Below are positions 27,479 to 37,231 of a stretch of 64,000 nt of DNA, piece after piece (the first letter of the stretch is position 1; every line of letters starts with the position of its first letter). Origin of the DNA: a candidate division WOR-3 bacterium (lineage in GTDB: Bacteria > Hydrothermota > Hydrothermia > Hydrothermales > JAJRUZ01); the NCBI GenBank assembly GCA_024277525.1, contig JAJRUZ010000035.1, positions 1,930-65,929 on the forward strand, read 5' to 3'. The notes below the pieces were generated by a model. The model did no database searches, was not told the origin of the DNA, and saw only the letters and a program-made list of their open reading frames with translations. Both the position numbers and the translations under genes were made by a program.

Positions 27479-28312
27479 TCATTTCACCTCATATACATAG
27501 AACCACACATGGGCATCTTCAAAAGGATAACTCTGTGTCATTACTGATTCCCATCTTAAAACATCAAAGGCAACATGATAGATACCGGGATGCATAGGTG
27601 CATGATATGTTCCCTGAAATATGCCGTTTCCGAGAGGTTTTAAAATTCTCCTTGCAAAAGGTCTGGGATGTAAAACAGCAATTAAATTTTCCCTATTTGT
27701 ATAATATGTAACAATTACAGTATCTCCCGGAGAAATTTGGAGAATTTCCTCTCTTTTTCTCATTTCAAGCGGATTTTTATATACTTGGGTTATTCCCTGA
27801 GAAGGTATTTCAATTTTGATTGAATCTATTTTTACAGTAAATGAATCAACAGAACGGGATTCTCCGTCCGAAATTTTTTCAATTTTCCATTTCCTTCCTT
27901 CTCCCTCACTGTGTTTTTTAAATAAAGCATATCTCGTAAAAACGTGATGAAGAGGTTTTTCAACATGAAAAGAGGTATCGGTGCCGGTTGCTATTATATG
28001 AAGTGTTCCGAAGACATTTCTCGTTATTGTTACAAAAGCCGAATCTCCGTCAATTTGAACATTTACATTTTTATCTATACTGTCAATCTTTCTTCCCCAG
28101 AATACCAAATAATCGGAAATGGTGTCCGCGGACGATTTTGTCATCGGGTTCCAATCAGAAAATCCTTCAAGAGCATTGAAGAATTCACTTGTTGCTATAA
28201 TATTCTGTATTTCCTGAAGGTCATTGGTTTCCTCGGGCTCTGTGGTTTTCTTTTTACACCCTGCTACCATTATGATACCCGAGATTAAGGCAATTTTTAA
28301 CAATTTTTTCAT
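27479..28312 (-). CDS. hypothetical lipoprotein
   Basis: Lipobox IMVAGC. 277 aa. No recognised motif. Confidence 0.55.
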   Translation of the reverse strand: MKKLLKIALISGIIMVAGCKKKTTEPEETNDLQEIQNIIATSEFFNALEGFSDWNPMTKSSADTISDYLVFWGRKIDSIDKNVNVQIDGDSAFVTITRNVFGTLHIIATGTDTSFHVEKPLHHVFTRYALFKKHSEGEGRKWKIEKISDGESRSVDSFTVKIDSIKIEIPSQGITQVYKNPLEMRKREEILQISPGDTVIVTYYTNRENLIAVLHPRPFARRILKPLGNGIFQGTYHAPMHPGIYHVAFDVLRWESVMTQSYPFEDAHVWFYVYEVK

Positions 28313-28333
28313 TTGAAAACCTCCTTGTTTTTT

Positions 28334-28347
28334 AAGGATTTGAACCC
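28334..28347 (-). promoter_or_regulatory. T-arm-like leader hairpin, copy b (GGG-TTCAAAT-CCTT)
   Basis: Coding strand GGGTTCAAATCCTT, 21 nt upstream of the ATG at 28312. TATAAT box 6 nt upstream. Confidence 0.55.
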
Positions 28348-28434
28348 GAACTATTATAATTAGACATTCAAATTTATAAAATGGTTCATTATTTTGAGGG
28401 AAAGACTATTTTTATGATATAATAGTTTCCATTT

Positions 28435-29061
28435 ATGAGAAGATTTTTATTTTTTATATTAATACTTTCTTCCTCCTGCCTTCTGAGGAGAAATAAAGAA
28501 ATCCCCCTTTCTCCTCAGAGGTATTTTGAACTGGGGCTTTATTATTATTTTAAAGGTAAATATGAAAAAGCAAGGGAATATTTTAATAAAGTTCTTTTTT
28601 CGGGTGAGATTACGGAGATGACAGACGATGCCCAGTTTTATATAGCAAAATCTTACTTAATGGAGAAAAATTACGAAACAGCCCTATCCGAGTTCAATTT
28701 TTTAATAACTCAATTTCCGAACTCCGAGCATGTTGAAGAGGCAGAATTTCGCATTGCTGAGATTTATATGCTTAAAATAAAGTCGGTTGAACATGAAACA
28801 GAGGATCTTAAAGAGGCACTTGATAAAATAGAAGACTTTCTCAGAAAATATCCAGAATCCGAATTTATTGAAGAAGCAAAAGCAATGAAGAATGAGGTAA
28901 GGAATTTACTTGCGGAAAAGATTTTCAGAATCGGTGAACTTTATGAAAATCTCGGAAAGTTTGAATCTGCAAAAATTTATTTTGAAGAAGTAATAAAAGA
29001 ATATCCCGATACATATTGGGCAGAACTTGCGGAAAATAAGATTAATAAAGATAAGAGATGA
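28435..29061 (+). CDS. BamD/YfiO-like TPR lipoprotein (outer-membrane assembly factor)
   Basis: Lipobox-like LSSSC, TPR-like repeats, about 200 aa. Identification rests on pattern only. Confidence 0.5.
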   Translation: MRRFLFFILILSSSCLLRRNKEIPLSPQRYFELGLYYYFKGKYEKAREYFNKVLFSGEITEMTDDAQFYIAKSYLMEKNYETALSEFNFLITQFPNSEHVEEAEFRIAEIYMLKIKSVEHETEDLKEALDKIEDFLRKYPESEFIEEAKAMKNEVRNLLAEKIFRIGELYENLGKFESAKIYFEEVIKEYPDTYWAELAENKINKDKR

Positions 29062-29630
29062 AAAAAATAGGGATTTTCGGCGGAACATTTGACCCTCCGC
29101 ATATAGGACATTTTTTGATTGCAAGGGATATTTATGAAAAATTGGAACTTGATGAAATTTATTTTTTGGTTTCTTACAGACCCCCTCATCGGAAAGTAAG
29201 GGCGTCATTTGAACACAGATTAAAAATGGTTGAACTTATGCTTCCCGGTCCCCCTTTTTATGCCTCTGATTTTGAATCCAAGTTAAACTTTGCTCCGACT
29301 TATACTGTTCTTGTACTTGCAGAGTGGAAAAAAAGGAGAAAAAACAATGAAATTTATTTTATAATGGGTTCTGATCAGTTTGTTAACATTGAAAGCTGGT
29401 ATGAATATGAGATGTTGTTTGACATTGCCAAAGTTGTGGTCTGTGAAAGAAAAAAGGCACCCCTTAATAAAAATTTTAAATTCAAAAACAAGGTGATTCT
29501 GGTTAATACGAGAATTATTGAAATTTCGGCAAAAGAGATAAGAAAGAGAATCAAAAAAAATAAAAGCATTCATCTGTTTGTTCATCCGGAAGTTGAAACA
29601 TATATTTTTAAAAAAGGACTTTACAAATGA
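29058..29630 (+). CDS. nadD: nicotinate-nucleotide adenylyltransferase
   Basis: GIFGGTFDPPHIGH motif, and ISAKEIRKR matching the ISST-type C-terminal motif. Confidence 0.85.
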   Translation: MKKIGIFGGTFDPPHIGHFLIARDIYEKLELDEIYFLVSYRPPHRKVRASFEHRLKMVELMLPGPPFYASDFESKLNFAPTYTVLVLAEWKKRRKNNEIYFIMGSDQFVNIESWYEYEMLFDIAKVVVCERKKAPLNKNFKFKNKVILVNTRIIEISAKEIRKRIKKNKSIHLFVHPEVETYIFKKGLYK

Positions 29631-30529
29631 GACTGATTTATTCATCAAGATACGAAGTTGATATAGGTCCACATGTTTTTCCGACTTATAAATACAGATT
29701 AATAAAGGAAAGATTACTAAAAGAAGGAATAGCAAAGGAAGAAGATTTCTATGAGCCCGAACCCTGCTCTTTTGAAGAACTTACAATAGTTCACACTCCC
29801 GAATATCTGGATGATTTAAAAAATCTGAGATGGACAAGAAGAACGATGTTTTCCGAACTTCCGATAAGTAAAGAAATAATTGATTTTTATTTAATAGGAG
29901 CAAAGGGCACTTTACTTGCTTCTTATGATGCTTTGAAAGAGGGGCTCGGAATTCATGTAGGCGGGGGTTGGCACCATGCTTTTCCTGACAGAGCGGAAGG
30001 TTTTTGTTATATAAATGACCTTGCCTTTGCCTCCAAAATGCTTCTTAAGAACGGAGAGGTAAAAAATGTACTGATAATTGACCTCGACCTTCACCAGGGG
30101 AACGGAACAGCATATATTTTTAAAGATGAAAAAAGAGTTTTTACCTTCTCAATGCATCAGGAAGACCTTTACCCTGTTCCAAAACAGAGAAGTGACCTTG
30201 ATATAGGTTTATGGGGGGGTACATCCGAAGAAACTTATCTTCAAAAACTTGAAGAAGCTCTTGATAAAATTTTTGACAAAAATGATTTTGACCTTATTTT
30301 ATATCAAGCAGGAGCAGATCCTTATGAAAAAGACCTTTTGGGAAGTTTAAAACTCTCAAAAGAAGGAATTAAAAAAAGAGATGAGATTGTGAGAAAATTC
30401 ACTTTGGAAAAGGGAAAGAATATAGCCTTAACCCTGGGTGGAGGTTATTCGTCGGATATCAACGATTTAATAGATATACATGTAAACACAATCAAAACAT
30501 TTTTGCTATGGAAAAGAGAAAAACAATAA
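29627..30529 (+). CDS. histone deacetylase-family (HDAC / acetoin-utilisation / acetylpolyamine amidohydrolase-like) protein
   Basis: GGWHHAFPDRAEGFCYIND, DLDLHQGNGT, GADPYEKD. Confidence 0.8.
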   Translation: MRLIYSSRYEVDIGPHVFPTYKYRLIKERLLKEGIAKEEDFYEPEPCSFEELTIVHTPEYLDDLKNLRWTRRTMFSELPISKEIIDFYLIGAKGTLLASYDALKEGLGIHVGGGWHHAFPDRAEGFCYINDLAFASKMLLKNGEVKNVLIIDLDLHQGNGTAYIFKDEKRVFTFSMHQEDLYPVPKQRSDLDIGLWGGTSEETYLQKLEEALDKIFDKNDFDLILYQAGADPYEKDLLGSLKLSKEGIKKRDEIVRKFTLEKGKNIALTLGGGYSSDINDLIDIHVNTIKTFLLWKREKQ

Positions 30530-31761
30530 AAAGGGAAATCATATTTGAAGGTAAAGGGCTTGATAAAGGTGAAAAATGTAAGGTCATCCTCAAGCCCACC
30601 TATGATAAGGGAATTAAATTTGAAATAGAAGGAAGGACTTATAAACTTTCGGAAATAGGTTTTATTGCGGAAAAAAGGGGAACCTGTATTTCTGCGGATA
30701 AAAAAAGAATTTATTATGTTGAGCACCTTCTGTCTGCTGTATACGGCTCCGGAATCGATGATTTGATAATAAAAATAGAGGGAGATGAAATTCCATTTTT
30801 TGATGGTTCGGCAAAACTCTTTGCGGAAAGGATTTTTGAAGCCGGTCTCGAAGAGAAAGAAGAAGAAATTAAATTTTATGAAATCAAAAGACCTTTCAAA
30901 ATGGATTTTGAAAATTCGAGTATAAGTATCCTGCCTTCGGATAAATTTGAAGTAATATATAGCTTTACAAAAGAGCCTTTTCAGGGTATTGAGCATAAAT
31001 TTGAATTTGATTCTGAATCTTATTTAAAAAATATAGCACCTTCAAAGACCTTTATAACATATGAAGAGGCTCTCAAATTGAAAGAAAAAGGTTATTTTAA
31101 AGGAGGCGATGAGACTCTTGCACTTATATATAAAGGAAAAGAGATTATTAACAGGGAAGTTCTATCCTTTGAAGATGAACCTGCAAGACATAAAATTCTG
31201 GATATACTGGGTGATTTATGTTTAACAGGTAAAAGATTTAAAGGGAAATTTATTTTTGAAGGTACAGGACACAAAGACCATTTAAATTTTATTCCTTTTT
31301 TGGAGGCATACTCCGGATGCGGTACAGAAATTGATATTGAACAAATAAGAAAATTACTTCCTCATGACTATCCTTTTCTGTTAGTGGACAGGGTCATATC
31401 TCTTGAGGAGGATCGGGTTGTTGGAATAAAAAATGTAACTTATAATGAGCCATTTTTTGAAGGACATTTTCCTGAGAGAAGAATAATGCCCGGTGTTTTG
31501 ATAGTTGAAGCAATGGCTCAAACAGGTGGACTTATGCTTTTGAATAAAGTAAATGACAGAGAAAACACACTTGTATTTTTTACATCCATTGAAAATGCCA
31601 AATTCAGAAATCCTGTATTTCCGGGTGATACCCTTTATTTTGTTTTAAGTCTTTTAAGATTCAAAGGAAGAATCTGCAAAATGAAAGGATATACTGTAAA
31701 GGATGACAAAATTGTATGTGAGGCAGTAATGACAGCGTCTATTATACCGAGGGAGGAATAA
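30508..31761 (+). CDS. lpxC/fabZ: bifunctional UDP-3-O-acyl-GlcNAc deacetylase / 3-hydroxyacyl-ACP dehydratase
   Basis: LpxC-like N-terminal part (HLLSA.., GHKDH) and FabZ-like C-terminal part (LPHDYPFLLVDRV, FFEGHFPERRIMPGVLIVEAMAQ). Confidence 0.85.
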   Translation: MEKRKTIKREIIFEGKGLDKGEKCKVILKPTYDKGIKFEIEGRTYKLSEIGFIAEKRGTCISADKKRIYYVEHLLSAVYGSGIDDLIIKIEGDEIPFFDGSAKLFAERIFEAGLEEKEEEIKFYEIKRPFKMDFENSSISILPSDKFEVIYSFTKEPFQGIEHKFEFDSESYLKNIAPSKTFITYEEALKLKEKGYFKGGDETLALIYKGKEIINREVLSFEDEPARHKILDILGDLCLTGKRFKGKFIFEGTGHKDHLNFIPFLEAYSGCGTEIDIEQIRKLLPHDYPFLLVDRVISLEEDRVVGIKNVTYNEPFFEGHFPERRIMPGVLIVEAMAQTGGLMLLNKVNDRENTLVFFTSIENAKFRNPVFPGDTLYFVLSLLRFKGRICKMKGYTVKDDKIVCEAVMTASIIPREE

Positions 31762-32532
31762 ATGATTGACAAAACCGCTATAATAAAAGGTGATGTAAAA
31801 TTAGGAGAAAATGTTTTTATAGGTCCTTATTCAATAATTGAGGGCAATATCTTTATAGATGATAATACTTTTATTGATTCCCATGTAGTAATAAAAGGTA
31901 ATGTGAGAATAGGGAAAAAAAACAAAATTTATTCAGGAGCAAGAATAGGGTTTCCTCCTCAGGATTTAAAATATCAAGGAGAGGACACACAGATTATAAT
32001 GGGTGATGAAAATATTATAAGGGAGTTTGTTACCATTCACAGGGCTACGGGTGAAGGAGGAAAGACAATTATCGGAAATAAAAATTTTTTCATGGCGTAT
32101 TCTCATATAGCACATAATTGTAAAATAGGAAATGAAGTGATAATTGTTAACGGTACACAGCTTGCGGGTCATGTAGAGGTGGAGGATTTTGCTTTTATAA
32201 GTTCGAATTGTCTAATCCATCAATTTGTAAGGATAGGTAAATATGTGATGATCGGGGGCGGAACACATGTAAAAATGGATATAGTGCCTTATGCACTGGT
32301 ATACGGGGCACCTGATGCAGAAATAAAAGGAATAAATTCCGTCGGTTTAAAAAGGAGAGGTTTTGAGGGTGAGCGTCTTTTAAACATTAAAAGGGCATTT
32401 AAAGTTTTATTTTTTAACAATCTGAATACAACTCAGGCTTTAAATGTTTTAAAAGACAATTTTGAGAACAATGAAGATATAGAATATTTAATAAAATTTA
32501 TCCAGGATTCAAAAAGGGGTATAACAAAATAG
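31762..32532 (+). CDS. lpxA: acyl-ACP--UDP-N-acetylglucosamine O-acyltransferase
   Basis: Hexapeptide repeats, 256 aa, conserved HIAHNC motif. Ends in TAG. Confidence 0.85.
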   Translation: MIDKTAIIKGDVKLGENVFIGPYSIIEGNIFIDDNTFIDSHVVIKGNVRIGKKNKIYSGARIGFPPQDLKYQGEDTQIIMGDENIIREFVTIHRATGEGGKTIIGNKNFFMAYSHIAHNCKIGNEVIIVNGTQLAGHVEVEDFAFISSNCLIHQFVRIGKYVMIGGGTHVKMDIVPYALVYGAPDAEIKGINSVGLKRRGFEGERLLNIKRAFKVLFFNNLNTTQALNVLKDNFENNEDIEYLIKFIQDSKRGITK

Positions 32533-32544
32533 GAGGATATTTTT

Positions 32545-33477
32545 ATGAAGATTGTTCTTGCTCTCGGTGGAAATGCCATTTTGCCGAAAGGAGCAAAACC
32601 CGATATTGTTACTCAATTTGAAAATACCGAAAAGACATTAAGGACTTTACTTCCGCTTTTAAAAAAGTCCAAAAGCACAATTATAACTCATGGAAACGGT
32701 CCGCAGGTCGGCATTGAGTTTTTGAGGAGTTTTTATGCAAGGGAAGTAACTCCTCCTTATCCTCTTGATATTCTGGGTGCGGAGACACAGGGATGGATGG
32801 GGTATATGATTGCTCATATATTAAGAGAGCTTTTTTGGGAGAAAAATGTAAGGAAGGAGGTGGTTGCTGTTGTGACACAGGTTATTGTATCAGAAGATGA
32901 CCCTGAATTCAAAAATCCTTCAAAGCCGATAGGTCCGTTTTTCACTAAGGAAGAGGCAGATTCTTTGAGGGCAAAATTTCCTTGGCCTATAAAAGAAGAT
33001 GCCGGAAGAGGCTACAGGATTACCGTGCCTTCCCCTGCACCGGTTGATATAATAGAAAAGGACATTTTGAAAAAACTTTCGGAAGATGGGGTGATTACGG
33101 TTGCGGTCGGTGGTGGAGGAATACCCGTATTTAAAAAAGGAACAAGATTAAAGGCTCAGCTTGCGGTTATTGATAAAGATAGGGCGTCTTCTTTGCTTGC
33201 AACGCTTGTAGATGCAGATTTATTTATGATTCTTACCGATGTAGATTTTGTTTACATAAATTTCGGAAAGGAGAATCAGAAAGAGTTAAGGGAGATAAAT
33301 ATATATGAATTAAAAAAGTATATAAAGGAGGGTCATTTCGCAAAGGGAAGTATGCTTCCGAAGGTTGAGTCAGCGATTTCTTTTGTTGAGAAAAAGAAAA
33401 AAAGGGCAGTTATAACTTCGCTTGATAAGTGCATGGAAGGTTTTGAGGGCAAGTGGGGTACCCAAATTTTACCTTAA
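32545..33477 (+). CDS. arcC: carbamate kinase
   Basis: VLALGGNA, THGNGPQVG, GGGGIPV. Confidence 0.85.
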   Translation: MKIVLALGGNAILPKGAKPDIVTQFENTEKTLRTLLPLLKKSKSTIITHGNGPQVGIEFLRSFYAREVTPPYPLDILGAETQGWMGYMIAHILRELFWEKNVRKEVVAVVTQVIVSEDDPEFKNPSKPIGPFFTKEEADSLRAKFPWPIKEDAGRGYRITVPSPAPVDIIEKDILKKLSEDGVITVAVGGGGIPVFKKGTRLKAQLAVIDKDRASSLLATLVDADLFMILTDVDFVYINFGKENQKELREINIYELKKYIKEGHFAKGSMLPKVESAISFVEKKKKRAVITSLDKCMEGFEGKWGTQILP

Positions 33478-33503
33478 AGATTTTTGAAATCTTTTATTTT
33501 TTT
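33476..33503 (+). terminator. possible weak intrinsic terminator after arcC
   Basis: AAAGATTT-ttg-AAATCTTT hairpin followed by TATTTTTTTA. The stem is AT-only. Confidence 0.35.
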
Positions 33504-33520
33504 ATCTTAAAATTTTTATT

Positions 33521-34144
33521 ATGAATACTTTAATTTTGTTTACCTATTTTATAGGATTCAAGTTGTCAAATAACCTAATTCCATCTTCGTATCTAATAGA
33601 ATTTGCTCTGGGAAAAAAAGTTTTGTGGGGCGTGAACTGGAACTATTCATATGAAATGAACACAGGCTCACTGAGAGTTGACAAAAATACATCCTGCCAG
33701 AAAATAGAAGGCATGGCTCAACATTTTAAACTCTCCCTGCCTGTGAAACTTTTAATAAAAAAGATTAAGTTTCTAAAAAAATTAGAGACTAATCTTCTAA
33801 TTAAATTTTCACCTTACTATTCTTTACAACTACATAAACAAGAAACAAAAACAACACGACCATCCTCAGACACATTCAAAAGAATCATGACACTCAAATA
33901 CTGGTCAACAGGGATTCATGTGGGATTTTCATGGGACTTCCCTGTGAATTATAAGGGATTCCCATTTAAAATCAGATTAAATACAAATTTTGCAAATCTC
34001 TACTATCGCGAAGATATCTTAGAATCGAAGCAAATCTTTGAATCAGATGAGAAATCTTCTCGAATCATAATGAAACATGCTAATTTTTATTTTGAAAATC
34101 CTTTAAAAAATGAATTGAGTATTTACTTAATTTTTGAATTATAA
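33521..34144 (+). CDS. hypothetical protein (possibly beta-strand-rich)
   Basis: 207-aa ORF with no RBS or motif recognised. Retained only because it fills otherwise empty sequence. Confidence 0.3.
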   Translation: MNTLILFTYFIGFKLSNNLIPSSYLIEFALGKKVLWGVNWNYSYEMNTGSLRVDKNTSCQKIEGMAQHFKLSLPVKLLIKKIKFLKKLETNLLIKFSPYYSLQLHKQETKTTRPSSDTFKRIMTLKYWSTGIHVGFSWDFPVNYKGFPFKIRLNTNFANLYYREDILESKQIFESDEKSSRIIMKHANFYFENPLKNELSIYLIFEL

Positions 34145-34264
34145 TAATAAGAGAAACTCATAATCCTGATAAGGGATTTGAAAAACAGAGTTCCCAAGAA
34201 TTTAACCTGAAACCCCTACTTTCGGAAAGAATACGCTTAAGAAAATTCTCTGAAAAATAAAAAT

Positions 34265-34291
34265 AACAATAAATAAGAGAAGTTTATTGTT
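34265..34291 (-). terminator. possible terminator hairpin between convergent genes
   Basis: AACAATAAA-9 nt-TTTATTGTT, followed on the minus strand by ATTTTTATTTTT. Confidence 0.35.
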
Positions 34292-34324
34292 TTTCATTAA
34301 TAGACTTAATTTTAAAATTTTTAT

Positions 34325-34880
34325 TCATTCCCCTTCAAGCAAAACCTTTGATTTCTTAAAAGCATAGGAGAATATCAAAAGAGCCATGATTCCCATAACA
34401 GAGAAATTAATTGAAGAGAACTTTGTATTTAAACTCAAAAACGTTTCTTTCCTCTCCTATTAACCTTGTCATATAACCCGAAAGTGATGAGAAAAGTGTG
34501 GGGTCTGAACCGTCAATTATAAAAACAAGTTCAGAATTTCCTCTTTTGATAAAATTCTTTTTAAAATCAGAGGATATAAAAATCTTTGCTTTAATTTCAT
34601 TTTTAAGAAATTTTTTCTCATCAAGGGAATATTCCTCTTTGATTTTTGAAAATACCCCTGTTGCCTGCAATTTATCCTTTATTTCCCTTGAAAGGGAATT
34701 CTGTTCATAGCTGGCAAATCCTATACCGATGTTTTCAATATCCATCCTTATTGCATAACCGAAAATTATAAGTAAAAAAACAGGAACAACGATTGACAAA
34801 ATCAAAGACCTCGCATCCCTTAAAATATGGATTGTTTCTTTTAATGAAATTGCCTTTATTTTTCTGATTGAGTTTTTCAT
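34325..34880 (-). pseudogene. ABC-2 type permease (YbhS/YbhR-like) with an internal deletion
   Basis: The 157-aa ORF holds TM1 and the periplasmic loop and stops at ..KVLFN*. Right after the stop, in another frame, FSVMGIMALLIFSYAFKKSKVLLEGE* looks like the last TM and C-terminus. About 200 aa (TM2-5) are missing. Confidence 0.55.
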
Positions 34881-36568
34881 TTTGCGTTAATTGTGTTTAT
34901 AATCTCTGTAGCGGTCGCATTTATGCGACAAATATTATAAGCACGATAAATCGTGCCGCACATCTCCGACACCCTTGCATAAAAAACCTCTTCCAGGTCA
35001 GGTTCGCTTTTTTTGAATTCCTTTATTACAATTCCCGTTTCTTTTGCCTTTTTAATAGTTTCTTTAATTTTTTCCTCTGTTAATGAAAAAATCTTAAAAC
35101 CGTCTTTTGTTCTTGTATAGAGAATTCCTTTTTCCTTTTCAAGTAATTTTTCAAACTTTATCTCCTGTGTCGTCTTAACTTCATAAATCTTATATTCTTC
35201 CAGAAATTTATTTTTTAAATTCAAGGGTGTATCAAGAGCTCTTTTTTCTCCTTTATCAATCAAAAGAACCCTGTCACAGAATTCAGCCTCATCCATATAA
35301 TGGGTTGTTAAAATCAATGTGTGTCCTTTTTCTTTTAAATTATTCAAAATACCCCAGAATTCCTTTCTTGTTTCAAAACCCATTCCCGATGTGGGTTCAT
35401 CAAGGAAAAGAAGGGGTGGAAGATTTATAATTGCACAGGCAAGGGAAAGTCTCTGTTTAACTCCGAGCGGAAGTTTACTTGTTAAATGATTTCTCCATCT
35501 ATCCATCTCAAGAATTTCAATAAGTTCCTCAATTCTTTTTTTCTCATTTTCAACCTCATATAAACCTGCATAAAATTTCAGATTCTGATAAAGGGTTAAA
35601 TCAGGATAAAGGGAAAATTTCTGGGAAAGATACCCTATATTTTTTCTTATCTTTCTCACATTTTCCTTTCTCAATTCCTCACCTAAAATCTCAATTCTTC
35701 CCTCTGTGGGTCTTAAAATTCCTAAAAGCATCTTTAATGTTGTTGTTTTACCTGCTCCGTTAGGTCCTAAAAATCCGAATATTTCTCCTTTCTTGATTTC
35801 AAAACTTAATTTTTTAACAGCATAAAAATTTCCGAATTTTTTAACAAAACTCTCAGCCTTAACAGCTATCTCTTCTTTTTCTTTAACATAAACCTTTCCC
35901 TTTTTAATTTCTTCCTCTTTAATACTTTCATGAAGAATCCCATCCTTTAAAACAAAAAATCTACCCGCCCTTTTTGTTTCAAGAATATAAGGGGTTGTTA
36001 TTATTATTGATATTCCTTCATTTTGAAGGGTATAGAAAAGATTCCATAATTTCTGTCTTGAAACAGGGTCAATTACCCTTGTTGGTTCATCAAGAAGTAA
36101 AAGTTTCGGTCTTGAAATTAAAAGGGTGGCAAGGGACAATTTTTTCTGCATACCACCCGACAATGCCTTTGCCTTTCTGTTTCTTGCGGATTTAAGTTCT
36201 GTTAGTTCAAGTAATTCCTCTATCCTCTCCTCCATTTCTTCCTTTTTTCCGAAAATCTCTCCGAAAAATCTCATTGTTTCCTCAACCGTAAGGTCAGGAT
36301 AAAGGGAAAATATTTCTGATGAATAACCTATTTTATCCTTAAAATTTTCCCTTTCTTTTATAAGGTCTTTTCCCAGAAAAATAATTTCTCCTTCATCCGG
36401 TTTTAAAAGACCTGCAATTATTTTTAAAAGGGTGCTTTTTCCGGAGCCATCGGGTCCTGTAATTGCAATAATTTCTCCCTCTTTAACATCAAAACTTATT
36501 CCTTTCAAAACCTCATCCTTTCCGAATCTTTTTTTGATGTTTTTCAGTCTGAGTATTATATTAGACAT
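34877..36568 (-). CDS. ABC transporter ATP-binding protein with duplicated ATPase domains (YbhF-like)
   Basis: Two Walker A motifs (GPDGSGKST, GPNGAGKTT), two signature motifs (LSGGMQKK, LPLGVKQR) and two Walker B motifs (LLLDEP, LFLDEP). The last ~30 codons are read from a REPIN-like repeat. Confidence 0.85.
   Translation of the reverse strand: MSNIILRLKNIKKRFGKDEVLKGISFDVKEGEIIAITGPDGSGKSTLLKIIAGLLKPDEGEIIFLGKDLIKERENFKDKIGYSSEIFSLYPDLTVEETMRFFGEIFGKKEEMEERIEELLELTELKSARNRKAKALSGGMQKKLSLATLLISRPKLLLLDEPTRVIDPVSRQKLWNLFYTLQNEGISIIITTPYILETKRAGRFFVLKDGILHESIKEEEIKKGKVYVKEKEEIAVKAESFVKKFGNFYAVKKLSFEIKKGEIFGFLGPNGAGKTTTLKMLLGILRPTEGRIEILGEELRKENVRKIRKNIGYLSQKFSLYPDLTLYQNLKFYAGLYEVENEKKRIEELIEILEMDRWRNHLTSKLPLGVKQRLSLACAIINLPPLLFLDEPTSGMGFETRKEFWGILNNLKEKGHTLILTTHYMDEAEFCDRVLLIDKGEKRALDTPLNLKNKFLEEYKIYEVKTTQEIKFEKLLEKEKGILYTRTKDGFKIFSLTEEKIKETIKKAKETGIVIKEFKKSEPDLEEVFYARVSEMCGTIYRAYNICRINATATEIINTINAK
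34908..34961. repeat. REPIN-like inverted doublet of GTAG-hairpin (REP-like) elements
   Basis: GTAGCGGTCGCATTTATGCGAC on the + strand, an 11-nt spacer, then the reverse complement of GTGCGGCACGATTTATCGTGC. GC-rich against an AT-rich background. Confidence 0.6.
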
Positions 36569-36571
36569 AAA

Positions 36572-36961
36572 TTATTCAACTTCTAGAATTCCGGTTTTAA
36601 AATCAATTGTTATTTTAAAATGTTTTAAAAATGATAAACCCAGAAGACCCACAACATAGCTTCTCGGGGGTAAATCATGACATACTACAGGGACATTTTT
36701 TACACTTTTATCTAAAAATTTTATTTCTTTTACTTTTATCAAAGGTGCAGTTTCTATTCCGCTTGCGGTTATCAAGGTAATCTTTTCTCTGGAGAGTGCA
36801 GGGTCATAACCCAGTGCTTCTGCTATTTGCCATGGAATGATTGTATAAGTAGCCCCTGTATCCAGAGCTACTTTTATTCTTCTTTTATTTTGTCCCTTAC
36901 CGTACAGGGTAATCTCTACTCCGATAACAGGAGAACCCGGGTCAAATTTAATTCTTGCCAC
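36572..36961 (-). CDS. retropepsin-like (clan AA) aspartic protease
   Basis: 129 aa with active-site context VALDTGATYTIIP and C-terminal ..GLLGLSFLKHFKITIDFKTGILEV. GTG start. Confidence 0.7.
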   Translation of the reverse strand: MARIKFDPGSPVIGVEITLYGKGQNKRRIKVALDTGATYTIIPWQIAEALGYDPALSREKITLITASGIETAPLIKVKEIKFLDKSVKNVPVVCHDLPPRSYVVGLLGLSFLKHFKITIDFKTGILEVE

Positions 36962-37193
36962 AAAAAGCTACCGCAAATCCTTTTTTGGGTAATTCTCCGG
37001 AATAGGTCACATACAGATAACCTTTCAATTTTTTTTGTAATTCATAGACTTCATCCCTGTTTTTACTGTGAAATATAAGTTCACCCTCCACTGGCTCATC
37101 TTTCTCATTTGTTTTGGTAATCTTTATAAGTATCCACTCATTTTTATATTTTTTCATAATATCGGATATTTTCATAATTTTTCTCTTTTTCAT
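36948..37193 (-). CDS. small hypothetical protein partnered with the retropepsin-like protease
   Basis: 81 aa. The KKYKNEWILI...GELIFHSKNRDEVYE pattern recalls, from memory only, small DUF5678-type proteins. Overlaps the protease start by 14 nt. Confidence 0.45.
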   Translation of the reverse strand: MKKRKIMKISDIMKKYKNEWILIKITKTNEKDEPVEGELIFHSKNRDEVYELQKKLKGYLYVTYSGELPKKGFAVAFCGKN

Positions 37194-37231
37194 ACTCTAA
37201 TTTTAATACAATTAAAACAATTATTCAATTT

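Noticed and set aside
30213-30219. G7 tract in the HDAC-like gene as a phase-variation site
   Set aside because: It is mid-gene in a cytoplasmic enzyme and encodes a plausible WGG motif. There is no reason to expect switching, and it is noted only as background for the other G tracts.
30445-30996. 183-aa minus-strand ORF
   Set aside because: It is antisense to the lpxC/fabZ gene. The F/K/I-rich composition is typical of a non-coding frame.
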